From: Bacteroidales bacterium
GTDB lineage: Bacteria; Bacteroidota; Bacteroidia; Bacteroidales; PUMT01
Assembly (NCBI GenBank): GCA_007132225.1
Contig: SLPB01000026.1
Coordinates: forward strand, 23,804-87,803
Direction of reading: 5' to 3'
DNA length: 64,000 nucleotides
The translations under genes and the position numbers were made by a program. Of the stretch, positions 18,180 to 28,493 are shown in pieces (the first letter of the stretch is position 1; every line of letters starts with the position of its first letter). The notes under the pieces were generated by a model, which did no database searches, had not been told where the DNA came from, and was given only the letters and a program-made list of their open reading frames with translations.

Positions 18180-20996
18180 GGAACCCGGAGCAATCTTATC
18201 CTTCAGATATTTACCGGTATGTGATAAAGGGCAATTTACCAGATCTTCAGGTGTGCCTTCAAATACCAGATGTCCGCCTTTTTCTCCTCCTTCAGGCCCC
18301 AGATCTATTATCCAATCCGCTGTTTTTATAACTTCCGGATTATGCTCCACCACTATAAGGCTGTTTCCTCTTTCGATCAGGGACTGGAATGCATTGAGCA
18401 GTTTTTTTATATCATGGAAATGAAGTCCGGTTGTGGGTTCATCAAATATGAATAAAACAGCCTGTGAGATTTTCTCTTTTCCAAGAAACGAGGCAAGTTT
18501 AATCCTCTGGCTTTCACCACCACTAAGGGTGCTGGAGGATTGACCCAGTTTTACATAATCAAGCCCAACCTCATCCAGAGTAATGAGTTTTTCGACAATC
18601 TTCTTCTCATATCCATGATTAATTGCTCCGAAGAACTCAATGGCTTCCCTGATGGTTAGCTCAAGTATATCATATATATTTTTCCCCCTGTATCTTACTT
18701 CAAGAACATCTTCTTTAAAGCGTCTTCCTTTACAACTTTCGCAAACCAGATTTACGTCAGCCATGAATTGCATTTCCACTTTTATAACCCCCTCACCCTG
18801 GCATTCTTCACATCTTCCACCTTCAATATTAAAGGAGAAATGGCCGGGCTTGAAATTATTTATTTTTGCAGAGGCCTGAGTTGCATATAGCCTGCGTATC
18901 TCATCCCATGCTTTAATATAAGTAACAGGGTTGGACCTTGATGACCTCCCAATTGGATTCTGGTCGATCATTTCCACCCCCGAAAGCAGGTTAAGGTCCC
19001 CACCGAGGCAGCCAAACTTGCCGGTTTTCACTTCGATCTTATTAAAAAGCTTATGCATGGCCGGATTAAGGATGCTTTTCAACAGCGTGGATTTTCCGGA
19101 ACCGCTAACCCCTGTCAGTACATTTAGTATATTAAGCGGAAACTTAACATTTATTCCCTTCAGGTTGTTTTCAGTTGCTCCTGTTATTTCAATATAGTTA
19201 TTCCATTTTCGACGGGATGAGGGAACAGGAATGCTTTCCTTGCCGCTAAGATACTTTGATGTAAGGCTTATTCCCTGCTTTTTTAGTCCGTTGCGGTCGC
19301 CCTGGAAAACAATTTCCCCACCAAGCCTTCCTGCAAAAGGGCCGATATCAATAATGTTATCTGATGCCATGATTATATCTTCATCATGTTCAACCACAAC
19401 AACAGTGTTGCCGGCATCTCTTAATTGGTGGAGTACTTTGATAAGCTGTTGTGTGTCCCTGGGATGCAGACCTATACTTGGTTCATCAAGTATATATAGT
19501 GATCCTACCAGATTACTGCCCAGGGTAGTGGCAAGTCTTATTCGCTGCGATTCACCCCCGGAAAGGGTGGAGGAGAGGCGGTTAAGGGTAAGGTACCCGA
19601 GCCCCACTTCCTGCAGGAAACCAATCCGGTTACGGATTTCCGTTATTATGCGGCTGGAAATTTCAAGTTGATGTTTGTCCAGCTGAATATCGTTAAAGAA
19701 CCCGGAAAGGTTGCTTACAGGCATTTGAACCAGTTCACGGATTGATTTCCCGCCTACACGGACCCAGGACGCTTCTTTCCTGAGCCTGGTGCCATCACAT
19801 TCATAACAAATAGTTCTGCCCCGGTATCTTGATAACATAACCCTGTACTGTATCTTATAGCTTTTTTTCTCAATATATTTGAAGAATTTGTTCAGTCCAT
19901 GAAAGTAGCTGTTTCCTTTCCACAGGAGTTCCTGCATTTCCCTGCTCAGTTCGTAATAGGGTTTGTGGATCGGGAAACCGAAATTTGGCGCATTATAAAT
20001 AAGTTTCTCTTTCCATTTTTTCATTTTATCTCCTCTCCAGCAGGCAATAGCATCATTGTATATGGACAAGCTTTTGTCCGGAATAACAAGATCCTCATCA
20101 ATTCCTGTTATTTTTCCGTATCCTTCGCAAAGCGGACATGCCCCAAGCGGATTATTAAAACTGAACATATGTTCTGAAGGCTCATTGAATGTGATCCCGT
20201 CAAGTTCAAAACGATTTGAAAAAACGGCTTCCCGCTCCTTTTCCCCGTCCTTTATTTTAAGAGTGCACTCCCCGTTTCCTTCAAAAAAAGCATTTTCAAC
20301 TGAATCGGCTATCCGCGACCTTGTGTCTCCGTCAAATGCTACCCTGAGACGGTCGGTAACTAAATGTAGCTCATCAATGGATTTAAGCTTTTCAGGATCA
20401 TCAAGAATATCCTGTATCTTCTCAGCTCTGTTATTTGTATAAATTCTTGTTATCCCCTGCTGGAGACGGATTTTCAGGTTTTTCTCAAGCAGGTAAGCTT
20501 CGGGTTTGTTTATTGGTGCCAGGATAAGAACAGTTATACCTTCTTTCAGTGACAAAACATAGTTTACTACATCACTTACGCTGTGCTTACTTACCTCTTT
20601 ACCGGATACAGGGGAGAATGTGGTACCTGCACGGGCAAAAAGTAATTTCAGATAGTCGTAAATTTCTGTTGAGGTTCCGACAGTCGACCTGGGATTATGG
20701 GTATTGGATTTTTGTTCTATGGCTATTGCGGGGGGTATGCCCTTAATAAAATCAACTTCAGGCTTGTTGATTTTTCCCAGAAATTGCCTGGCATAGGATG
20801 AAAGGCTTTCTACATAACGCCTCTGGCCTTCTGCATAAAGTGTATCAAAGGCAAGGGTGGATTTACCCGAACCGGAAATACCCGTTATCACTACTAACTG
20901 ATCCCGGGGTATACCAAGGCTGATGTTTTTAAGGTTGTGGACCCTGGCTCCTTTGATGATAATCTGTTTTTTATTTCCTATACCATTTTCTGGCAT
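18165..20996 (-). CDS. uvrA: Excinuclease ABC subunit A
   Basis: 943 aa. Two ABC modules (GISGSGKST and GVSGSGKST). Zinc-finger Cys pairs (CPLCEGYG, CEECQGEG). Confidence 0.97.
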   Translation of the reverse strand: MPENGIGNKKQIIIKGARVHNLKNISLGIPRDQLVVITGISGSGKSTLAFDTLYAEGQRRYVESLSSYARQFLGKINKPEVDFIKGIPPAIAIEQKSNTHNPRSTVGTSTEIYDYLKLLFARAGTTFSPVSGKEVSKHSVSDVVNYVLSLKEGITVLILAPINKPEAYLLEKNLKIRLQQGITRIYTNNRAEKIQDILDDPEKLKSIDELHLVTDRLRVAFDGDTRSRIADSVENAFFEGNGECTLKIKDGEKEREAVFSNRFELDGITFNEPSEHMFSFNNPLGACPLCEGYGKITGIDEDLVIPDKSLSIYNDAIACWRGDKMKKWKEKLIYNAPNFGFPIHKPYYELSREMQELLWKGNSYFHGLNKFFKYIEKKSYKIQYRVMLSRYRGRTICYECDGTRLRKEASWVRVGGKSIRELVQMPVSNLSGFFNDIQLDKHQLEISSRIITEIRNRIGFLQEVGLGYLTLNRLSSTLSGGESQRIRLATTLGSNLVGSLYILDEPSIGLHPRDTQQLIKVLHQLRDAGNTVVVVEHDEDIIMASDNIIDIGPFAGRLGGEIVFQGDRNGLKKQGISLTSKYLSGKESIPVPSSRRKWNNYIEITGATENNLKGINVKFPLNILNVLTGVSGSGKSTLLKSILNPAMHKLFNKIEVKTGKFGCLGGDLNLLSGVEMIDQNPIGRSSRSNPVTYIKAWDEIRRLYATQASAKINNFKPGHFSFNIEGGRCEECQGEGVIKVEMQFMADVNLVCESCKGRRFKEDVLEVRYRGKNIYDILELTIREAIEFFGAINHGYEKKIVEKLITLDEVGLDYVKLGQSSSTLSGGESQRIKLASFLGKEKISQAVLFIFDEPTTGLHFHDIKKLLNAFQSLIERGNSLIVVEHNPEVIKTADWIIDLGPEGGEKGGHLVFEGTPEDLVNCPLSHTGKYLKDKIAPGSLIVR

Positions 20997-21264
20997 AATT
21001 ATTGTTTTACTTCAGGTGAATATATAAATGAAATACCAGATAAAACGATGAGTGGTTTAATTATAAGTTTAATCAAATCAGGATATTAAATGATGTTTTA
21101 CCTGGTGTAAGATAACAGTTTTCTTTTAAATGTTTAATAATTTCAAAATTGGATTTTTTTTTCTTTCTTTGTAACATATATTATTAAATAAAATTGTTTA
21201 ACCCTTAAAAGAAACTGTTATCGAGAAAATTTTACTCATATAGAAATCAAAAAAGGAGGTCGAC

Positions 21265-21855
21265 GTGGAGGCAAAAAAATTGAGTGATCAGGAACTCATA
21301 CAACAGTTTCTTACAGGTGACAAAGCAAGTATTGAGGCATTAATAAACCGGCACAGGACAAAGGTTTTTACCTATATAGTTCTGGTAGTTAAAAATAATC
21401 AACTTGCTGAAGATATTTTCCAGGACACATTTATAAAAGTTATCCGGTCTTTGATAGACGGCAAATATAAGGATAACGGCCGGTTTGTTTCCTGGGTGAT
21501 AAGAATTGCACACAATCTGATTATTGACCATTTCAGAAAGGAAAAGCAGATGAATATGCTTTCCAATGATGATTATGAAGCAGATATTTTCAATTCCAAA
21601 AAGCTTTCTGATCAGAATGTTGAAGACATGATGATTAAAGACCAGATTACAAATGATGTTCGCCAGCTTATCGATGAATTACCTGATGAACAAAAGCAGG
21701 TGATACTTTTGCGGCATTATGGTGGTATGAGCTTTAAGGAAATTGCAGAACAAACTGATGTGAGTATAAATACAGCTCTTGGCAGGATGCGTTATGCACT
21801 TATTAACCTGCGGAAACTTATTGAGCAAAAGAACATTAGTCTTACAATGAGTTGA
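21265..21855 (+). CDS. ECF-type RNA polymerase sigma-70 family factor
   Basis: Region 2 (DIFQDTFIKV...HNLIIDHFR) and region 4 HTH (SFKEIAEQTDVSINTALGRMRYA). GTG start preceded by AAAGGAGG. Confidence 0.85.
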   Translation: MEAKKLSDQELIQQFLTGDKASIEALINRHRTKVFTYIVLVVKNNQLAEDIFQDTFIKVIRSLIDGKYKDNGRFVSWVIRIAHNLIIDHFRKEKQMNMLSNDDYEADIFNSKKLSDQNVEDMMIKDQITNDVRQLIDELPDEQKQVILLRHYGGMSFKEIAEQTDVSINTALGRMRYALINLRKLIEQKNISLTMS

Positions 21856-21894
21856 TATACAGGGACGTATTGGAAAATTAACAATTTAACTAAA

Positions 21895-21942
21895 AAAGTT
21901 GGGTGAATTATAATACTAAATTCACCCAACTTTCGTTTTTTT
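21895..21942 (+). terminator. Strong rho-independent terminator after the ECF sigma gene
   Basis: 15-bp stem aaagttgggtgaatt/aattcacccaacttt with a 9-nt loop, followed by cgttttttt. Confidence 0.85.
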
Positions 21943-21971
21943 AATGATTGTTAAAAGTTGTTAATTTGCCT

Positions 21972-22184
21972 ATGAAAAAATGTTACCGATATTACTATTA
22001 TGTAGAAGGACTGGTTCCTGATGATATTAATATGGAACTGGTAGATGTTGATTCATGTTTTCCCGATGAAAACAGTACCTACAGGGATATTGTTGCTTTG
22101 CTTGACAATCAGCAGTATGACATTAGGAAATCTGTTGTAAAAAAGCTTGTTAAATACGCGGCAGATCAGGTTAAGAACCTTTAG
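21972..22184 (+). CDS. Hypothetical small protein (70 aa); coding status uncertain
   Basis: Only an open frame (MKKCYRYYYYVEG...). It lies immediately after a strong terminator. No TM segment and no recognised motif. Confidence 0.3.
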   Translation: MKKCYRYYYYVEGLVPDDINMELVDVDSCFPDENSTYRDIVALLDNQQYDIRKSVVKKLVKYAADQVKNL

Positions 22185-22222
22185 TTTTTTCAGATTAATC
22201 TGCTCTTTAACGGACCAGGCTC

Positions 22223-22954
22223 CTATTCAGGGTTGGAATTCAGGTTCGGAATAAGTGAATTTATCAGGTTAACTGTATGGCAGGCTACAACCCCCGCCGT
22301 TTCAGTCCGCAACCTGCTTTTACCCAGGCTAACGGGGATAAAATTTTTTTTCATTGCCAGTTTCAATTCCTCCTGGTCGAAATCACCTTCAGGCCCTATA
22401 AGAATTAGATTATCCAAGCCTTTTCCGCATAGCCTCCCTAAATGATTGCCGGATGGTTCGCTTCCCGTTGCAATGAATTTATTGCCGCTGAAGTCTTGAT
22501 TTACAAGTTGCTCAAAACCGGTAAAGGTTTTTATTTCAGGCAACCACACTTTATGGGATTGCTTCATTGCAGATATTATTACCTTTCTCAGCCTCTCTTC
22601 TTTTATTATACGGCGTTCGGAATTTTTACACATTAAAGGGATAATGGAATCTATACCAATTTCTGTGGTTTTTTCAAGAAACCATTCAAAACGCTGGATA
22701 TTTTTTGTTGGTGAAATGGCAATGTGCAAAAAATAATCTCTTTCCCGTGGCATAATTGTTTCTTTGGTTATCTGGACAACGAATGCGTTTTTATCGGGAT
22801 TTATTATTTGAGCCTCACAAAGCTTACCTTTTCCATCAGTGAGGTGAATGATGTCATTAATCTTCATTCTCAGTACTTTGGAGCAGTGCAAAGCTTCGGC
22901 TTTATCGAGCGTCAAGATTTTTTCTCCGGTATGCTGATAGTAAAACAAATTCAT
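22223..22954 (-). CDS. rsmE: 16S rRNA (uracil1498-N3)-methyltransferase
   Basis: 243 aa. PUA-like N-terminus. C-terminal SPOUT motif LIGPEGDF. Confidence 0.85.
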   Translation of the reverse strand: MNLFYYQHTGEKILTLDKAEALHCSKVLRMKINDIIHLTDGKGKLCEAQIINPDKNAFVVQITKETIMPRERDYFLHIAISPTKNIQRFEWFLEKTTEIGIDSIIPLMCKNSERRIIKEERLRKVIISAMKQSHKVWLPEIKTFTGFEQLVNQDFSGNKFIATGSEPSGNHLGRLCGKGLDNLILIGPEGDFDQEELKLAMKKNFIPVSLGKSRLRTETAGVVACHTVNLINSLIPNLNSNPE

Positions 22955-23030
22955 TATTATTACTTTTGGATTGGAAGAACTCCTTCAGGAGCTTTTGATT
23001 CAATTCTTCAAAATTAAAATATTATTTTTT

Positions 23031-23534
23031 ATGAGCATCAGGATAGGGTGTTTATCAGACACCCATGGATTTTTGGATGACAGGTTTCTTGATTTTTTTG
23101 CATCATGTGATGCGATCTGGCATGCCGGAGATATTGGCAGTGAAAATGTGGCCCTTGAGCTTGGCAGGTTGAAACCATTTAAGGCTGTTCACGGGAATAT
23201 AGACGATCAGAATATACGTAATCAGTTTCCCGCTCATCAGCGGTTTGAAAGCAATGGTATTGATATATGGATAACCCATATAGGAGGTTATCCGGGCAAA
23301 TATGATTCTGCTGTGAAGCCGGTGATTTTCGAGTCACCGCCAAAATTGTTTATATGCGGGCACTCGCATATTCTTAAAGTTGTAAATGACAGGAAACTGG
23401 GACTTTTACACATAAATCCCGGTGCGGCCGGTAGATCCGGAATGCACAAAGTGCAGACTGCTGTCCGTTTTATAATTAATAATGGTAAAGTGTCAGATTT
23501 GGAAATTATTGAACTTGAAAAAATAATCAGTTGA
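23031..23534 (+). CDS. Metallophosphoesterase, YfcE/MJ0936 family
   Basis: Motifs DTHG, GDIG, HGNID and GHSH in canonical order. Start moved to the ATG at 23031. Confidence 0.85.
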   Translation: MSIRIGCLSDTHGFLDDRFLDFFASCDAIWHAGDIGSENVALELGRLKPFKAVHGNIDDQNIRNQFPAHQRFESNGIDIWITHIGGYPGKYDSAVKPVIFESPPKLFICGHSHILKVVNDRKLGLLHINPGAAGRSGMHKVQTAVRFIINNGKVSDLEIIELEKIIS

Positions 23535-23639
23535 TATTTTACGGCAAAAACCCTTTATGACTGAATATGACCTCTTTGTGTAAAAAAAATTCAGGATGAT
23601 CCCTTCTCATGCGATATTGTGATGATATTGCAAATATCA

Positions 23640-26600
23640 TCATGGACGATTCATTTCTTCAGTCTCTTTTTCATCCTGATCAAGGGTCCCTCCCCCGGGA
23701 TTTTCAGCTTCATATTCCCTTAAATGCCGGCGGTATACATTAAAAAATTGTTCAGTCTTAGTATCAGTAGCCAGCATAAAGACATACCTGGTTTCCGATG
23801 AAGAAACTCTCTTTCTTCTGTGCCTGAGTGCCAGATCATCGATTATATTAACAAATTCCGGGTTTGAAGAATAGGATTGCATTACCCCCCTGGTATAACC
23901 AAAATAGTACCAGTTATCACCCAGTTCAATATAAAAGTCCAGATAGTCTCCCGACCTGCGTTTGGTAATTTCCAAATATCCTGTAAACATCCTGTTTATT
24001 TTTACACCGTTTATATATGCAACACCTATCTTCCCCCGGGAACGGTAAGAGCGGCTTTCCTTGTTCCATTTGAGATTGACATCAGACAGGACAAAAGTTT
24101 TTTGCAGCTCCCCGGGGAGCCTGGCTTGCCGTATTTCCCTTGCGGACCTGCTTAAATATTCTCCTGCTCTCTTCTGGCCCAATAATTCATTCAGTCCCTT
24201 TGTAAAATAGTATGCCGAGGAGTCCATTGGTTGGCCCTTCAGACTGTCTGCTTCTTGCGCAAGGATTGATATTGCGTCTTCGGAAAAGAAAAAGTCAAGG
24301 GTAACTGTTCCGTGTAAAATGGTTTCATTGACATTTATCCTGTTATATGCTGAACCAACTGCGTTTAATTCAAGTTGTCCCAACGTGACACCAAGTTCAA
24401 GGGGGCCCTCCCCTGAAAGAATACATTTATCCGGATTAAGCCGGAGCAGGTTGCCGGGTAATGACTGATCCCTTAATTTATCCTTTGCTGCAATCACATA
24501 CTCCCCCGAATGTTGATCATATTTTATGTATCCATTTGCCTCTACTATAAGCTTATCTGCATAGTTCTTTCTTTCCGAGAAAAAAGCCGGATAAACATGT
24601 ACGGAATCTGTAGCAATAAAGATTCCTGAATAGATCCTTTCCTGGCCCGGAGAAACAGGCTGGACAGGTACCTGAATCAATACATCCAACGGGTCTATCA
24701 CATTTTCAAATGCCAGCCAGTTAGCAGAGAGCCCCTCACAGCGGTGAGATATCTTTGTTGCACCATTAAATTCAAGATGAGCTCTGGAAGAGAGCAGCTT
24801 TGTTACTCCCGTAAATGAAAATTGCGGATTCAGCATAAATTTATCTGTTTCATGGATTTCTCCGGAAGCAACAGTTTCAATATCCTCATTAACTGATATT
24901 TTGTCCAGATGAATTGTTTGAACATCATTCTTTTCATCCAGGTAATCATAATTGCCCGATCCCCTGAAATCATTTTTTCCATCAATTTGTACCGTGGCAT
25001 TATAGATTTCATGAAAGAATTGTTTGTTATTAGCCTGTATAACAGCATCTTGAAGGGGGTGCATTTTCCCTTTCTCCCCGATTATAACTGTTTCATCAGA
25101 TGGATAAACCAGTGCATCGGCAACCTGGATGTTTTTCACCTCCCTGGCCGTTAATAAGTTGGTACGGTATTCCAGTATGGCATATGGTGAGAAGAAAAAG
25201 AGTGAATCCTGTCCGGGCATTACAGAGATATACTTTGCTCCACTTAATCCTGTTTCCGGGTCAGACTTTTCCGAGCGGAACTCAAAATCCTGATTGTCCA
25301 TGTCCCAGATGAAAGTTTCAGGATTGGCCATATATCTGTTTAAAGGAAGAGAAATCATTTCATCCTTGTCAACCACTGAAAATTTACCCTCACGGCCCTC
25401 CAGATCAATAAATGAGCTCACACCTGAAGCAATCAGGGACTGATCAGGCTTTTCCGGGTCATGAAGGATGAAATTGCTTAAATCGGAGTTGAATGACTCA
25501 GCACCAAACACATATTTCTTTGAGGAAATAACTGCCTGGTCCAGGTTAATATCTCCTGATCCTGTTAATCCTGCGGGTGTGATATTGAGTGAACCATCCA
25601 GTCCGGCCCTGTCATTAAAAACTGAAAAGTTATTATCGGTTTGTGATACCGTAATCAGATCTGAATATGGCAGCCATTGTATTACATTGTTTTTTGATTT
25701 TACAGCAGGGAACTCGTTGCCGCCCTTTTGCTTGTTTATGATGAATTCAGATGAAATTGTGTTCATGGAATCGGGAAAAAATAAAAAGTCTTCTGAATAT
25801 ATTTCGGATGTCAGGTATTCAAGTTTTCCTCCCCCTCTTAATCCTTTATTGCTCATTGTGATTTCGTGAAAGTATTTTCCTCTTTCATCATACACGGGAA
25901 TGCCCGTTTCTTTAACCGGATGTTTTATTCCAAGTGAGTAATCTTCCTGTAAGATCAGGGTCTCCTCGAAATCCGGGAAAATACCTGCAGAAAAAAGTTT
26001 CCCGCTAAAACGCAGATCCTCATTTCTAAATGTGTTCAGGCTGTCAATTAGAAACGGGTACAATTCAAAATAAAAATCTTCAGATCTGTACACACCATTG
26101 TGTATATCCGGACTATCATAAAAAACATATGAATTTTCCCTGCTGTTGAATTTTGGATACTCAGGATAATCAACCCTGCTGGATTTATTATCGGGTTTGT
26201 CAACTGATAGTTCTCCCGTCACATTTTGTATTATGTTTTTAACATTTGTAAGCCTTGCCCTTCCCTGCAAATCAGTTTCATCGAGCCGGGCACGCAGACT
26301 TATAGAGTCTATATCCTGAAGGTTTATTCTGAAATCTGTATAATCAAATGCAAAATTATTTCCAAAAAAACTAAGATTTCCGGCATTTATAGTACCATTG
26401 AAGAAAAAGTTCCTGTTTTCTTTAAGGGTGACCTGTTCTTTCTCAGGAAAAATATTGACATTCTGGCTGTTACTTATATAAACTCTCGGAATACCGTTTA
26501 TTTTAAGGTCAAATGTCTTCAGATCCAAAATAGCATTATCTAGCGGAGCTTCGGTTGTTGAAACAAAATTTATTATATCATAATCTATGCCTCTTATATT

Positions 26601-28154
26601 AGCCTGCAGATAATCATAAAGCCTTTGCCTTATTCGAATAACATCTGTATCTGTATCAAAAAAAATAAATCCATGGAGAGTGAGTTCAAGCAGTTGGCGC
26701 CTCACCCCGGGAAGTGGCCTGCGCAGGAACTTTGCATATGCTTCTGCAGGCAGCTCATCAGCATCATATTCATCGGAAAATCTCCTGAGAGATAGCAGGG
26801 GGTTAGTATTATCAATACCCTGAATGCTCCGGTACAGGTGGCTATTGAATAAGTTAAGGGATTCAAAGTTTGCGTTGCCTATAGAACTTGCACGTGGCAT
26901 GGTAAGCCTTATTTCTGACTCATCAATTTTCCACAGAAGCCGGGCAAAACTCATGTCAACCTGGTGAAAATTATTGGCCCAGGGACTTTTGGAAATAACT
27001 TTCTGGTTCTGGTTAAGTGATAACTCCCTTGTATTATCCAAATAGTTAAGGTGCAAGTCAGGATGAAAAACAGAATTGTCCCCGAGATTAAAACTGATGC
27101 TTGTGCTTATGGAGCTTATGCCCTCCAAACTGAATAAAAAATGGCTTGATTCGGCTGTAAGCCACCTTTGTCCCTCGAAATAAAAAATAATTCTTGCATT
27201 TTGCCTGTCACTACCCGAGCCAATCAATTTTGCTCCCTGCATGCTTAAACCTCCTTCATAATCTATACTTCTGTAGATATCCCTTATGCTGTATTCCTGA
27301 TTATCTGATGTAAACCGGGGATAATTGGCCTCGCTTGTTTTGCTGGTGCTCATCACCCTGTCCGTTAGTCTGCCCCTGAGGGGGGACTGGAAATAGCGGC
27401 TGAAATTGAATAAGGCTGAATCTGCAATATATTCCGATCCCCTGAGATCTATTGTGTAATCCCCCAGGATAGCATAAGCCTCTCCGGCTTCGAGTCCTGC
27501 ACGTTCCCAGGTAACCGTGCCTTCTGTCCCTTTCCACGACATAGAAAAGGGACACATGACTCCCCCTGTCCGGAAAATGGTAAGCGTGTCAATATGATTA
27601 AAAGCATACAGGTCCAGATCATTAAAAACAATGCGAAGCGAATCTTCGTAAATGAAGAAAAAATTTTGTGTGCTTGCCTGCCAGGTCAGGGCACCTGATT
27701 TGTAAAGTATGTTGCGGGCAATGAGGCGGCTGGTGAAGATGATGAAATCGTTTATCCCTGACAGGGAAAGATCACGCTTTTCAAGTATGTCGTTGAATGA
27801 TCTTTTCCATACGTTGTAATGCTGTCTTTCTTTATCGTTATCCAGGATACATATCAGCAACTCTGCATAATTGATAATATGTGGTACAGGCCTTGCATTA
27901 AGGGCAGTAAGAGCGTTGAATGATGTAATTATCTCCTGCATCTCATTGGAGTTGAACAATGATGAATTCCACAGTTCAATGAACTCTTCAACCCTGGCAG
28001 TATGGTTCTCGGTGAGGTTACTGCCCATGAAATTTCTCAGCTCTTCCGCAAAAAGTCCGGGCTCTTCAGAAAATTTATTTACGCGCTGACCATAGATGTT
28101 ATGGTACGAAAATGTTAAGGAGAGTATTAAAAAAAAAAGTAGAAGTTTATGCAT
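23640..28154 (-). CDS. Very large (1504 aa) secreted or membrane-anchored hypothetical protein
   Basis: Uninterrupted 4.5-kb ORF. N-terminal hydrophobic segment MHKLLLFFLILSLTFSY. I recognise no catalytic or repeat motif. Confidence 0.85.
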   Translation of the reverse strand: MHKLLLFFLILSLTFSYHNIYGQRVNKFSEEPGLFAEELRNFMGSNLTENHTARVEEFIELWNSSLFNSNEMQEIITSFNALTALNARPVPHIINYAELLICILDNDKERQHYNVWKRSFNDILEKRDLSLSGINDFIIFTSRLIARNILYKSGALTWQASTQNFFFIYEDSLRIVFNDLDLYAFNHIDTLTIFRTGGVMCPFSMSWKGTEGTVTWERAGLEAGEAYAILGDYTIDLRGSEYIADSALFNFSRYFQSPLRGRLTDRVMSTSKTSEANYPRFTSDNQEYSIRDIYRSIDYEGGLSMQGAKLIGSGSDRQNARIIFYFEGQRWLTAESSHFLFSLEGISSISTSISFNLGDNSVFHPDLHLNYLDNTRELSLNQNQKVISKSPWANNFHQVDMSFARLLWKIDESEIRLTMPRASSIGNANFESLNLFNSHLYRSIQGIDNTNPLLSLRRFSDEYDADELPAEAYAKFLRRPLPGVRRQLLELTLHGFIFFDTDTDVIRIRQRLYDYLQANIRGIDYDIINFVSTTEAPLDNAILDLKTFDLKINGIPRVYISNSQNVNIFPEKEQVTLKENRNFFFNGTINAGNLSFFGNNFAFDYTDFRINLQDIDSISLRARLDETDLQGRARLTNVKNIIQNVTGELSVDKPDNKSSRVDYPEYPKFNSRENSYVFYDSPDIHNGVYRSEDFYFELYPFLIDSLNTFRNEDLRFSGKLFSAGIFPDFEETLILQEDYSLGIKHPVKETGIPVYDERGKYFHEITMSNKGLRGGGKLEYLTSEIYSEDFLFFPDSMNTISSEFIINKQKGGNEFPAVKSKNNVIQWLPYSDLITVSQTDNNFSVFNDRAGLDGSLNITPAGLTGSGDINLDQAVISSKKYVFGAESFNSDLSNFILHDPEKPDQSLIASGVSSFIDLEGREGKFSVVDKDEMISLPLNRYMANPETFIWDMDNQDFEFRSEKSDPETGLSGAKYISVMPGQDSLFFFSPYAILEYRTNLLTAREVKNIQVADALVYPSDETVIIGEKGKMHPLQDAVIQANNKQFFHEIYNATVQIDGKNDFRGSGNYDYLDEKNDVQTIHLDKISVNEDIETVASGEIHETDKFMLNPQFSFTGVTKLLSSRAHLEFNGATKISHRCEGLSANWLAFENVIDPLDVLIQVPVQPVSPGQERIYSGIFIATDSVHVYPAFFSERKNYADKLIVEANGYIKYDQHSGEYVIAAKDKLRDQSLPGNLLRLNPDKCILSGEGPLELGVTLGQLELNAVGSAYNRINVNETILHGTVTLDFFFSEDAISILAQEADSLKGQPMDSSAYYFTKGLNELLGQKRAGEYLSRSAREIRQARLPGELQKTFVLSDVNLKWNKESRSYRSRGKIGVAYINGVKINRMFTGYLEITKRRSGDYLDFYIELGDNWYYFGYTRGVMQSYSSNPEFVNIIDDLALRHRRKRVSSSETRYVFMLATDTKTEQFFNVYRRHLREYEAENPGGGTLDQDEKETEEMNRP

Positions 28155-28391
28155 ACAGTTGAATCTCTTTTGATTTTATCAAAACAAGCATCACCTGATC
28201 ACCTTTATAGGTTTTGTATTTGAATTTAAGAGCTGACTCCCTGAAAATTTGAAATTCAATAAGTCTTTTCAGGAATTCTGGCTGCCCGGAAATGCAGGTT
28301 TTTTGTGTATTTTGATATTTGTGCAATTGCAGTTGAGGTTTTTAATAAATCACTTTGCTGATATTGAAAGATCACGGACTGGTAATTCCAA

Positions 28392-28433
28392 TAAAAAAAA
28401 ACGTCTCCGGAGTTCCCGGAGACGTTTTTTTTT
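28392..28433 (-). terminator. Rho-independent (structurally bidirectional) terminator downstream of tpiA
   Basis: Perfect 10-bp stem acgtctccgg/ccggagacgt with a 5-nt loop. It is flanked by A9 on one side and T9 on the other. Confidence 0.85.
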
Positions 28434-28493
28434 ATTTTGCGCGGAACTCCGGAATTACTTTTGGAGTTATACGCTTATTCATTGAAAAGGTTA

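Noticed and set aside
20997-21264. Shared SOS/LexA operator upstream of uvrA and uvrB (57417..57704)
   Set aside because: I found no common palindrome between the two upstream regions. The only pattern is a GTTTAAT-N5-GTTTAAT direct repeat upstream of uvrA, in very AT-rich DNA. I also cannot recall the phylum-specific LexA motif reliably.
22191-22202. 12-bp perfect palindrome cagattaatctg between the small ORF and rsmE
   Set aside because: It is too short and loop-less to form a terminator. It is an isolated occurrence with no second copy in the window.
28129-28138. T9-T10 runs in signal-peptide codons of the 1504-aa gene (28129..28138), the lipoprotein gene (16861..16869) and other coding A/T runs (37240..37248, 39308..39316) as phase-variation switches
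   Set aside because: They encode Phe-Phe-Phe or Lys-Lys-Lys in an AT-rich genome and recur in ordinary genes. There is no evidence of variability from a single sequence.
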